The position numbers and the translations under genes are program-made. From Chrysomallon squamiferum (taxonomy: Eukaryota > Animalia > Mollusca): a stretch of 64,000 nt of DNA. The stretch is taken from assembly GCA_012295275.1 (NCBI GenBank), contig CM022670.1:9052001-9116000 (forward strand), in the 5' to 3' direction. Of the stretch, positions 38,151 through 50,860 are shown piece by piece; position 1 is the first letter of the stretch, and the number at the start of each line of letters is the position of its first letter. The notes under the pieces were generated by a model that was not told where the DNA came from, made no database searches, and saw only the letters and a program-made list of their open reading frames with translations.

Positions 38151-38926
38151 ATAATTCAGGTCAGAAGTCTAGTGTGTTCTGTCAAACTGTCTATTCATTT
38201 TTATCTCACTGCTGAGAAATGAAAAAGGGTATACCTGACATTTGTGTTGTTTAAATAATTGCAGTAAACTTCTCAATTTCACGTTTGTCAGATATAATAT
38301 GAAACACACATCAAGTGGATTTACCTCCCAAGGCTGTTGTGTTAATAATTCACCAGTCTCAATAATTTCATACAAGTTTTTCTTAAACATAACTATCCTA
38401 CCTCCCACTGAAACCATGTGCAAATAATTTTCCATCTAGATCATACCACACACATTTTCTACAGCAGGCTTGCTTGAGTAATAATCACTCGGTATTGATT
38501 TTATATTGGCAGACGTAGCAGAACTAACATTCCTGTCTCACCACCTGTTATTCCAATCCTCTTGAAACCGTTTTTTTTTCTTTTTTTTTCTTTACACTAG
38601 TACAAGCATCAATTCTAATCTATTGATCATTTAACTGAACATGTTTTTCACCCCCTGGACTTCTACTGGTGACACGTGTGGCCAGATTTCTCTGTGCTCG
38701 AAAGTCACAGGTGAGCACATGAACTAAATGTCTATTGATTTGTCATTTGTGTTTGCATTTCAGATTGATTGAAAGCTTTAAAATAATACCTACGTGCAGA
38801 GGTGGAGAAATTAATTTTCTTTCTCCTTTTTACCAGTTTTATTTTATAACCTGCTTTCAGATTTTCATTGCTGTTGATTGCATTTTTTAAATTATTTATT
38901 TATTTATTTATTTATTATTTTCTTTT

Positions 38927-38976
<50 letters not shown>

Positions 38977-39189
38977 CTTTTTTCTTTTTACATTTTATTA
39001 TTATTATTATTATTTTTTTTTTTGTAATTATTTATATAATTTATCATATTTTATTCATAATATTTTATAACAGATTTTCATTAAATTCATTCATACTGGC
39101 TTCCATTCAGCATACCAAAAAAAACAAAAAAACTCAGAAACAGCTCTAATTTTAAAAATATTCTAGTTTTGGTTATACATGGGGTAATA

Positions 39190-39352
39190 CTTTGATGTTC
39201 CTTATTGGTTGCATTACTTACTTCACACTGCCATTAATGTTCTATGACTTATTTATCTTAATATGTGCACTCTGTTTGTGGGAAGGTACAAGTAAAATGT
39301 ACATGCTGCTAGTGATAACAGAAGCCATTTAAGTGGTGAAAGCAGGATTTAT
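39190..39352 (+). mobile_element. Decayed SINE fragment
   Basis: tatgtgcactctgtttgtgggaaggtaca...tgctgcta...agccatttaagtggtgaaagcagg. Confidence 0.45.
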
Positions 39353-40073
39353 ATCTTGTTTTATCATTTAAAAACCTGAATTTGTAAGTTAATAACTGTT
39401 AATGTTAAAATTAGCTGACTTGTTTATTTTGCTTATATTCCAACATTTCAGGTCCAAAACATTATATCAGATCATCGTCTTAATGTACTTCATATTTTTT
39501 TTTTATTATTACTATTCTTATTAGTCATCTCTTTAGTTTAAGAAGACTAAACCCTCATGAATTATTTCCCTTCAACCACTGACAATAACTCACTTTTTCT
39601 GTTTCCAACATTTAATAATTATATTGTAAATTTCATTAATTAATAAGCATAGTTTTTAAAGAGAAATAAATATTTGTTTCAGTGAAAACACTGAATTAGT
39701 TACTGATCTTGCTCTATCTTTAAATACTGACATTCTGTAACATTAACAAAAAAATGAAAAACAAAAATGTCATGTACATGGGTTTTATTATATTTTTCGA
39801 ACATATACAGAAGTCTCTGATGTTTGGTTACCTTTCACAAAGGTTAGAATGGGAAATAGATGGACTTAGGCAAAGATATATCCCGTGAAATGATATTACA
39901 TCTCTCTTTCAAGAAGCTTATGACCAGCTTAAAAGAAATGTTACCTTAGGCATCTGTTAAAAAGATAAATGTTTTTATTTAATTTTATCTGTCATTTGGC
40001 ATCATTATCATTATCAGACTGCAAAAATGTTCATTACAGACAGCAGCTATAACTATATATAACTAACTATCTA

Positions 40074-40113
<40 letters not shown>

Positions 40114-42784
40114 TCGTTATAGTTACATACACAGGCACACACATATCCATACATGCATACAAAAACATACATACTGCATTTATTAAAAAGAAAATACTGA
40201 TAACCAAATTTACATGAGGAAAAAAAAAATGTTTTGTACACCTGCAAAATTTTAATGGTTATAAAAAATTAAAATAAATATTTTTTTTTCCTGATTATAT
40301 CTGTTGCTTTTATCAGAAGTTATTCACATTTGAAAATATGTTTATTTAGCAATGTCCTGAACTATTCAAAAAAAAAAAAATAATAATAATAATAAAAAAC
40401 CTTTTATCAATTCAAATTCCAGAAGTGGTAAACTCCAATAATTAAAAAAAGAAAAAACCCTAAATTTATGACACTTTGCTGTTATGTTAAGAGTAAGAAA
40501 TCAAAGAGCAATATTTTAACAGCTACTAAGTGCATTACAAAGTCACTTTTACAGTAATTCATTTCTTTTGAATCCTGAGCTGACTTTTCTTACAAAATAT
40601 TGGAGTTGATCAACCTTCTTTATCATAATCTGCCCCACAGACGTTTGACAGCTTAATCTCTCGCCCTGATACACGAAGGTCAGCAGAAGGTCACATATAG
40701 GCTGAAGGGAGATTAAATGTCCATAAATTTACTAAAGGGACTAAATATAAATGAGATGAATCAAACTCGGGCTATTAATACTTGTGAAATCAGATGTAAA
40801 AAGCTATCAGACATATCCTCGAGTTATGTTAAAATACATATAGTATGATAAGGGTTTCATGTATAATTACCGAGATAGAATTTATGTCTGGTTATTTTTA
40901 TTGCTGTTAGATGTTTTTGTTATTGGGTGTATGAAGATAAATGTTATCTTTTATATATGTCCTGTGATGAAACAGGTGCAAAATATTTATTTTATTTATG
41001 CATATTTATTTATTATAGGCCTGAAATTATTTGTTGTGGTTGTTTTTTTTTTTTTTTTTATTTTATTTTTTTTTTTGTGTGTGTGTGTTTTGTTTGTTTT
41101 TTTGTTTTGTTTTTTTTATTTATTATTTTTAGGTTTTTTTTAAAAATTAAATTTTATTTAATAGTTGGATGCTGTTATAATAGTTCTAGTTCCATCTACC
41201 TTAATTTTGTAAAAAATTTCTTGTTTCTTTGAGATGCAGAGGTTAGTTAAGCCAATATGTTTAATGGTATCTTTGAAACAGTATTCAGTTTCTTAAGGTG
41301 TATGTCAAACATGAAACAGCATTTTTTTTATGAGGCACTATGTGATTTTTGAAAAGGGCAACTTTTAGGTTGTCTAATGTAGATGAAATAATCGGTCTAA
41401 TGGAATAAGATCCTGATGATTTTGAAAACAAGAAGTTTATTGTTACTAAGAGATTTTTATCAACACTGAAGAAAATAGCAACATTACCAGAGATGTAACA
41501 AAACTAATTTTGTTCTTTTTAGTGACACGGGATACACTAACTAAACTAACCCCCATACCAACCTTGGATCTGTAAATGCCTTTTTATTCATGATATCTGA
41601 AACATATTTGGTATATTTTTCAAAACAAATACTTATGAAATCATGTTGGTGAACTATTATGTTCACATTAACTGACAAAACATCATTCAGAACAATTTAA
41701 AGAATGAATTGTATCGACTGAAACCACCATGTTCTAAGAGAAACAAATTGTCAGGCCAGCTTGAGTCTGACAGGGAAGTCTAGAGGTACAACGTTTTTTC
41801 CAACAACTGAAATAATTTCAAGTCATGAAATTTATGCATGAATCTAATCATTATTTATCTTCTCACACCCAATATTTTTTTTTTTTTACAAAATTAATTA
41901 TATTTTTATTTTTTTTTTTTTTTTTTTTTTATTTATTATTATTTTTTTTTGCTTCATTATTATTATTCACAATGCCTGCTCAAATAATAACCAGATGTAT
42001 ATGTATCTGAATTAAAAACAAAAAAATTAATGAATATTTATTTAATGATACTGCAGCACATTTTTGTATTAATGATATTAAGTGTGTTTTTAAGTTGGTT
42101 TTTTTTTTGTTTTTAATGATAAAAGGAAAACATTTGTGCTGCATTAACTGAAATAACTTCAGCTACTGACTAGAAAGTAGGAACAGGAAAACACATACTG
42201 TAACTTTTGATTAACTAATTGGGGCAAGTGGTTGCAGCATGAAATGTACTAACAGGTACACTTAAATAAATTAATCATATCAAACTTTAAGTTAGCATTC
42301 TATAACTGAGCTATAACATGTTATTATTTATGGCTGTTATGTTCCTTCTATATGTATATATGTGGTGTATATATGTATGTTTGTATCTGTATTATGTTTT
42401 TATATGTTGAGTATATTGTGTGTGTATGTGTATGTGAATCTGGATGTGTGTATTCATCTATATATGTATTTACATTTTTACATATATTTTATGTATATTT
42501 CTATGTATATTTGTATATGTGTATATTTGTATGTGAGTATATTTGCATATTTATATATATCATATATGTCTGTGTTTATATGTATATATGGATGTTTTTC
42601 TGTCTGTTGTTCTCATCTTTCTCTTTATTTCAGTCACTGCTGTTTGTCAAACTGTTTTAAGTATAAACACCTCTCTGCCCAACTAGCTGATGTTTATATC
42701 AGAGCTTACACTTGTATGTTTTAGTGACTTTTATCATTTGTTACAGTAACAGGCAGCTGTGAGTTTGTGTCCATGGTGTGATTA

Positions 42785-43320
42785 CTCAGAAATCTAGTTA
42801 TTTACATACACTGCAGATTGTAGTAAACAAATAAAATAAAGAGATCGCCATAATCAGAAACAAAGTTAAAAATACTGTAATAGACGTGTTTTGCCTATCT
42901 GGAAGATGTTAAAACTCAGAACTTCAGTTACTGGCATACCACTCAGATGGTAGAAAACAAATAAGAAAAATATACACATCCAAAACTGGAAAGACATTTA
43001 AATACATTATAATAGATTTGACTATCTAGAAAATGTAGTAATTCAAACATTTAGTTATTTCTGTATCTGTACATTGCATACAACAGAAAACAAGAAAACA
43101 AAACCATCACCAGATTCAGAAGAATAGTTATTGTAATAACAATGTATTTTCTGTCTTCAAGATGTAACATATCAGAAGTTTAGTTATTTACAATCACTGC
43201 ATGCAACAGAAAACAAATAAGAAAAAATAATCACTAGAAACAAAGAGATGTGTGTACATTAAGAGCTTATAATAACCAAGATATTTATATATTTACCTAC
43301 ACTAAATAACAAGGTAACTG
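42785..43320. repeat. Degenerate tandem repeat, ~4 x ~130 bp
   Basis: Recurring cagaa...agttattt...ca.tgca...gaaaacaaataag blocks at ~42788, ~42917, ~43045, ~43173. Confidence 0.65.
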
Positions 43321-44750
43321 ATCTCCATGTTCAGACAGAAAAGTTAAAGATTGTGTTGTAACAAAAGTACATAATAAGTTATTTAATTGTTTACATACCA
43401 GTCATTTAAGTCAAAATAAAAACCTTTTGCATGTGATAGTAAAGAATAAAGTAACTGATGACCATATTTATTTCTTTTAGAATGTTTGTTTATTTACACA
43501 GTGCTGTCTTCATTCCCGTGGTTGAATGACCTCAGGTATTAAAAAAAATACATGTAGATGTCATTTCTTATTATTTGAAAAGTCAACATACATGTTTTTA
43601 TTCTTGTTTTTAGGTGTGTTTTTTTTTTTTCTTTTAATATTTAATATACCTGCAGTGGTACAAATAAATACTTAAACACATATTGTACACTTTCAAGAAA
43701 ATTTACAAAGCTTTATAGATTGATATGCTATGTAACTGATAATATAAAGAAACACACCAAAATTAACAAATATGAAAGTCTTAACAGATCTTCATTGGCT
43801 TATTTATGTTATGGTAATTACAGTACGATAATATTGTTGTTATTATTATTACTGGCATTATATGACAAATGTGCATTTGTGTGTGTGTGTGTGTATGTGT
43901 GACATCAGTGATATAAATATTAATTTTAAAATCAAATATAAAAAAAGTAACAATAAAAAAAATATTAATTTCCCACTGAGTGTCTTTTATTTAGTTAGTT
44001 TATTATTGTTTACTGCTTTGATTATCTTTTTTTCTTTCTTTTTTTTTTTCTTTCTTTATTATTATCTTTTTTAATCAACATAAATCTTACTGTGTGGCCT
44101 TTTTCTTAATGAGATTCCAAAACACACACTGATTTCATTTCCAAAACAGTGTTTGCACATTAACTTTTACTATTATACATTTGTAGCCTCTGCTTTAGTC
44201 ACAAAACAAACACATTGTTCGGTGTAAACATTTCAACTTTTAAATCAAATCGATGTAAGTACCGATCACACACTGCTTGAAAATCATCCTTTCAGATTAA
44301 ATTGACATTAACGTATGCAAAAAAAAAAAGAAATCATATGTATATATTAAATGTAAATATATTAAACACACAGAAATGATAGCCTCTTTGCAGTGTTTGA
44401 TTAAAAAAGTTTCAGTGTTTTGAATTACTTTACTTAGTGTTGGTCTTATCCCCTGCTGTTTTGTGGTGAAATCAAGATCAAATAAAATGTAATTGAAAAC
44501 AAGCAGTGATAGTGATAATGTCCTTTTCATACAACCAGAGTTTAAGTACCTGCTGTGATTAAAGTTTCACCCCATCTTGTTTTCTCATCTTTGGAATGTG
44601 TGTTTATATAGGTGTTTCAAAATTGTACCTTTATGAATAGATATTATTGTCTCTCTTCTTTTTTCAAATTCTTAGCATTTTCTGTCCAGGTATATGGAGT
44701 AATAGTTTTTGCTTATGTGTATTTGTAAATATTCTTATTCATCATTTAAT

Positions 44751-44781
<31 letters not shown>

Positions 44782-44808
44782 GCTTCTACTAACTACTGCT
44801 ACTACTAT
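44751..44808. repeat. (ACT)n microsatellite
   Basis: Direct reading. Confidence 0.9.
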
Positions 44809-47800
44809 TAGTATTAATATTATTATTATTGGTACTAGTAGTACTACTATCACTATTAGTAATGCTAAAACTTATACTAATACTATTTCTTTATGCAAAA
44901 ATTATAATTAAAGTACTCTAAGATTATATGTTTGACTCAAAAAAAATAAAAAAATAAAAAAAAATCCTGACCTTAGAAAGTATTTGTAGTATTTTAAGCA
45001 AATATCCATTCATTTATTCTTTATGGGAAATAAATTAATGTGTTTTAGATGTAATTAAGCTGAACAAATTAAAAAAAATATATACATATGTTTTTAAGAT
45101 TTATGGTTTTTGAAAATGAAATCTAAATTGAATTTTTTTTAGGGGGGAATACAAAAAAAATAAAATTAAAATTAAAAATTAAAAATGTCTCCCAGAATAA
45201 CAACAAAAAGAAAGTAAAAACAGAAAAAGAAAAAACCGATACAAAATTAATTAATATGCACTCAATTTTTGAATAAGCTGATATAATATCCAAATCCAAA
45301 CTGTTGCTTTTAATTTTTTGGAATGAGATCAGGTCTGTTTATGTTGTCAGGCAATTTTTACCTTTTCACAAATGTCAACAGTTCCTAAATAATTAAAATC
45401 ATAAACCTCTTCAAAAGTTTATTAAATTGTGAATTACAGCAGTTCTGCAGTAGATCGGTTGGATTTTATGTTGGTGTACGTTCATGCATAAGTGCATTTT
45501 TGCTTCTCTTGTACCTTTTGCACCTGCATAAAAATTTAAAGGGCCCTTTTGTTTTGCATTGTCTTATTATATTCTAGGTTTGATATAGAAAACAATTCAC
45601 TTTTCTTTAGTATATTGCATGATCAGACAAGTAAATACAACATGAAAAAAACTATAAAAAAAACCCATTCTGTTTAATATTTCAGTATTATAGCTGACAT
45701 TTGTCTAGATCATTGGTAAAGTCAAAACATTGTGAAGAACATTAGTGGAATTAATTGAATGATTTTTTTACTAAAAGATTTTACTGATGAATTGTAAGTG
45801 TTTACATTACTGTTTTCTAATTATGAATTGCAATAATCATAACTTTGGATGAAATCAGCAATTACTGAATATTTCATTAACTGCAACTAAATTCACATTA
45901 TTATTATAAAACTGAAGTTAACTTTTCTTTAGCACCGATATTTAACAAACTGTAAGTATTTGTATTAGTATAACTAACTTTGAAATAAATCTATTCAAAA
46001 TGACACAAATCAATTGGTCACTGTGATTCCTCTATATTGTTAGAGTATTTAATTTTATTCTTCCGTGAAATTCATGAGAAATGGTAATGGATTTTACAGT
46101 TATGAACTGTAGGAAACATGATTTTCAATGAAACAGGCACATTTCATTAGTCTGTGGTTCAATCTGTATATTATTTGAAAAATAAAGTTATTTTATTGTA
46201 CATTATAAGGATATATATTGTAAATATCTACACTAGAATTGTAAAACCAAATCACCACAGTTTTGTTAAGAATTATTCAAATTATAACTCTGGTTAAAAA
46301 TCTGTCCAAATTGGCAAATTTTGACAGTTACATGTGACACATCCTGTATGTTGTTAGAAAACTGAAGTTCTTATTAATTTTTATTTTTTAAAACAGATAT
46401 TTGGTTAAACTCACTGAAACTATTTTTCAGATGAAAGAAAACAATGAACTGTCTGTTAGGAATTTTCAAAAGGACTGAATTATATTTTTAATGTTCTGCA
46501 AAACTCCTTTGTGGAAATCATGCAGTATTTGTCATATCTGTATCACATTTCAGACTGAAGCTGCTAAATATCATGAATGCAATTTAGAATTATTATCTGT
46601 TGTGTCAAGTCACCTGAACACTGCATGAATGAATATATGTGAGTCAGTTAAAGAAGGAGACAGGGGGTAGTAATAACAACAGTTGTACACAAAACAGAGA
46701 AATGCACAAAAGTGAGGGTGAAACTGGATCCTCGTTACTTAGCTATGAAAATATTACCTGTGAAAGTCATTTCTTAAAACTTCTGTTTATTGTGTTATTG
46801 ACAGTCATTGCCAAACACGTTCATCTAGAGGTGTAAATATATGTATGAACTAATGCAAAAGGTAAATAATATATCATAAAAAAGAGTGAAAATATGAATG
46901 TATATTAATGAAATGTAAACATTTAAATATATTGAAATGAACTATATGAAGTTCAAAATACATATTTATTAGAAAGTTTAAAAAATAATAAATCAAAGCA
47001 ACTGAACAGTAACTAACAACAAAAACCAATTAGCACCTTGCCTATATATTTTTTTATCATTAAAGGCTGTTTATTTAACACATACACATACACATGTATA
47101 CATCAATCTATCTGTCTATCTATGTATACCAACATGCATAAACACCCAGCTATATTTTCCTTCTTTTTCGTTTTTTTTTTTTTTTTTTTTTTTTTCTTTT
47201 TCTTTTTTTCTTTCTTTCCGTTTTTTTTTTCTTTTTTTTAATCTTTTCTCCTAACATGAGTATTTTAGAGTTTGTCTCCCCGCAAACCTTTTAAGACTGC
47301 AATTCATGACATTTGTCATTTGCTGATCTGGTTAATCATTGTATTTTAAATCCTTAATGGTGTACTGTCTCTACCTGACAGGTAATTATTCTGTTTTGCT
47401 TAATGTTATCTTGACACAGAGTATTACCTTATCGTGGCAATGTCTCTATCACTATCCACGCAGTATTTGAACAAATAATTGTTTCTGTGTTCTGTTTAAG
47501 TCAGACTGGTTATGTCAGAGTGATTGAGCTGACGTCTCGAATTCTCTTAATAAATGGTCGTGTTTTAGAAAACAGTATAAATTGTTAATAAATCAACAAA
47601 TTAAAAAGTTAATTCTGAAGTTTTGATTGCTTTAAATTCTATTAAATATTGCTGTTGTATAAAACATTGCTAAAAAATGTATAATCTGAGAAGATGTACT
47701 TGATTAGTTAGCCGATTAATGTTATTTCTACAGTAAGGTATACATCATATATGTATTTAGGATGTAATGAGATAATGTTCTGTTAAACCATTTCTTCTTT

Positions 47801-49677
47801 TTCCTACCACTTGTTAATGAAATCACTTTTCTTTCTACCATTAAATTCTTCATTCATTATTAATACCTTCTTTCCTTTATAAAATCAGTTCACAAAAGGT
47901 AAAACTATTCTGATAAATAGTTCCTCTATTTTTTCTTCTCCTGTACATAATCTCTGACCATCGGCCTATTTCTTCGTGTGCGTCTGTCTATCCATCCATC
48001 AATCAAACCATCAAGCTTCATGTATTCTTCCATTCCCTCTTTTCTCATTAAACAACACACAGAATTCTGGTGGGTCTAGGGACCAGGCATGTATAAAAAG
48101 TCAGAATGATATATCATTTGATAAATTTCTTTCCATCCATCCATCCATGTATCTGTCCTTACGCATTCATCGACCGACCTCGGGAACATTTAAGCCGAGA
48201 GAACATTAATGTTATAAAAGTATATATTTCTGACACGACACGAGCAGCCATCATATAAATGAATTTCCTTATTACCCGAATGATTGATTAAAACAACAAA
48301 AATATCAATACATCAGCTGTGAAGGTCGACCGGCAGTTTTCATTCACAACAATCCGGCAGTAACAGTTTAAGTCAACAGAGTTGTTAAAACTAATGCAGA
48401 TATTTTAGTGCTGAAACAGGTGGTAATTGGCTGTCTATTAGGGAACTGACAACATGATGGTAGGTACTGATACAGCACAAAAGAGCAAAAATGTTTTAAG
48501 AATTTTATACAGCATCTTTTTCACTGATGGATAGCAGACACCACAGAATGGTAATGGTGAAATTTCTTACTAATTTACAGTATTGAAGTAATTTGGTTTT
48601 ATTTTCAGTGTTTTGTACATAATTACTGATATGTGTGGTTGATGATCTATCTAATCCATATTTCAAAATTCATCTTCCTTTCTAAAATTATGCTTCTATA
48701 TTTATATGTTATTCTTTGTGTGTGAATATGTGTGTTTTGTTTTTATAAAATGATAATTCTAAATACTGCATTTCTATTCATATAAATAAATATATGTTTT
48801 ATATTATATAAATATAGTTCATATGTGTTATATAAAAAATGTATTTGTGAATGTATGTATAAATGTGTGATTAAACTACATTTTGTTTTATACTTATCAC
48901 TCAGTATGTCCATATGTCGTATTTTTCAATATGTTTATGTACGTATGTATGTTTGTGTGTATGTGTGTGTCATACATGTAAGAGTTATCAATATTTGTTT
49001 GCTTATATGGTCTGTCTTGTGATAACAACACTATCAACAGTGTTTAATCTTTCCACACCTAATTACTAGCCATTTTACACATGCAGTAAGTGTTCATTCA
49101 ATGGACACTGAGCATATTTAAATCAAGTGTTAATTCATTTATGTGTCTTTGAGGCAGAAAAATGGTGGTTAGATGGAAGCATTATGATATATTTCTGCAT
49201 ATCTGCAGAATATGTACCAGTGCAATGGACAGTACAAAATATAATTCACAGTTCAGATTCTTAATGAAATATCCCAAAAGAAAGTTGTGTGTTTATGTCA
49301 GCGCAGTATCTGATTACCCAAGTGCTGTTGTTTTCTAGCTTAACCCTAGTCTTACTTGAGCAGGAAATAAACACAATTTCGCATGCAAGCATCTATTATT
49401 GGATTCTCCATAGCCCGGCACTGATCAAACAGAACATGTGTGTTTGGCTGCATCATTATTTTCATTGCCGAAAGCCAGCTATTTGTATGGACTCACTGCC
49501 AGATCTGAGAATCAGGAATCTTTGTTTATTTCATTGACATTTATTTCTGTTTCTGGGACATGATGGACTCACTGTCATATTTTAATTGAAGAATAACCAG
49601 TCTGCAGTCTACTAGACTCCGTTAGAAGAAAAAAAAAATGTAACCCTATTTCACAAGAAGAGTATAAGGAAAAGTAC

Positions 49678-50040
49678 TTTGGAGTTAACAGGTAAATGTC
49701 AGACTGTTTTTCAAAGCACTCTTACATTACAGTGTCTAACAGTGAGAAATCAGGAGGTATAATAATATTTAATTAAGACATAACATTATGATAATCAAAT
49801 ATAACTGCATTTTACAAACTAGAATAGTGTAAGTGCATTGGGAGTTAACAGGTAAATGTCAGTGCCTGTTAGAAACCACTTTTCTAATACAGATTCTAGT
49901 GGTGAGAAATCAACATGTTTAATAAAATTAAATATTATAATAATTAGATAAATGTAGTTGAATTTTTTTTAACAAAAGAAGAATATCACAAATACAGGTA
50001 ATTATCAGTGTGGATTTGAAACCACAATTCAACCTACTGC
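49678..50040. repeat. Degenerate tandem repeat, 2-3 x ~160 bp
   Basis: ggagttaacaggtaaatgtcag at 49681 and 49841; gtgagaaatca in both units; partial third unit at ~49995. Confidence 0.8.
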
Positions 50041-50240
50041 TTTTAACTAACCATAAATAAATAAAATTTATAATAATTAGTAAACATACAGTAATATGTA
50101 AAATGCAATAATTGTATTACACAAAAAAAGTAACTTAATTAGTAATTCAGATGTTTAGTCTCTTTGGGATGAATATTTATATTAATCTGTTTTAAGAAAT
50201 TTTGAAATGTTTCTCCATTTAGCTCCTTTATTTTATTTTA

Positions 50241-50324
50241 TTTTTTATTTTTATTTTTATTTTTATTTTTATTTTTATTTTTATTTTTATTTTTATTTTT
50301 ATTTTTATTTTTATTTTTATTTTT
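50241..50324. repeat. (TTTTTA)n hexanucleotide repeat
   Basis: Direct reading; source of the NKNKNK ORF. Confidence 0.95.
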
Positions 50325-50659
50325 GTTGCTTATTTTTATTTTAATTTTATTTACTATTATTTTTTTGTTTTTCATTGCAACTAGAAAGCCTTTATAATTA
50401 ACCCCAAATAATTTCTTCCACACCAAGACAACATTGATTAATATCAGACCAGTGATGTAATAAATGGATAGTGGATTAGTGATTAATTTTAGAGTGATTC
50501 ACAATTATTCGTCTCTAACTCACAGTCATTATTTACTGACTCATTGCATTTTTCTGTTTCCACTTTTGTGGACATAGCAGAAGATGATCTTGTGTATGTA
50601 TGCTTAATGAAAGATTTTAAAAATAATAATGTTTATTAGGTTGTTTAATTTATTTTTTT

Positions 50660-50860
50660 ATGAGAATGGAAACCTTTTGTCATTACTCTTTGGTCTACTG
50701 TTATTAATTAAGAGCAAGGAATATTTTACATGCATATTCTTACACAGAAAGCATATATTATGATTAAGACAGAGGACACTGTCTGGAATAAGAAATTACC
50801 TAGAAAGATTGATCATGTGAGCTATCATGTCTGTCTGACACTGTAACCACTTAGCTGTAA
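50660..50860 (-). mobile_element. Decayed SINE fragment
   Basis: ggaaacc...tactct...agcaaggaatattttacatgc...cacaga..gatcatgtga..accacttagct. Confidence 0.45.
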
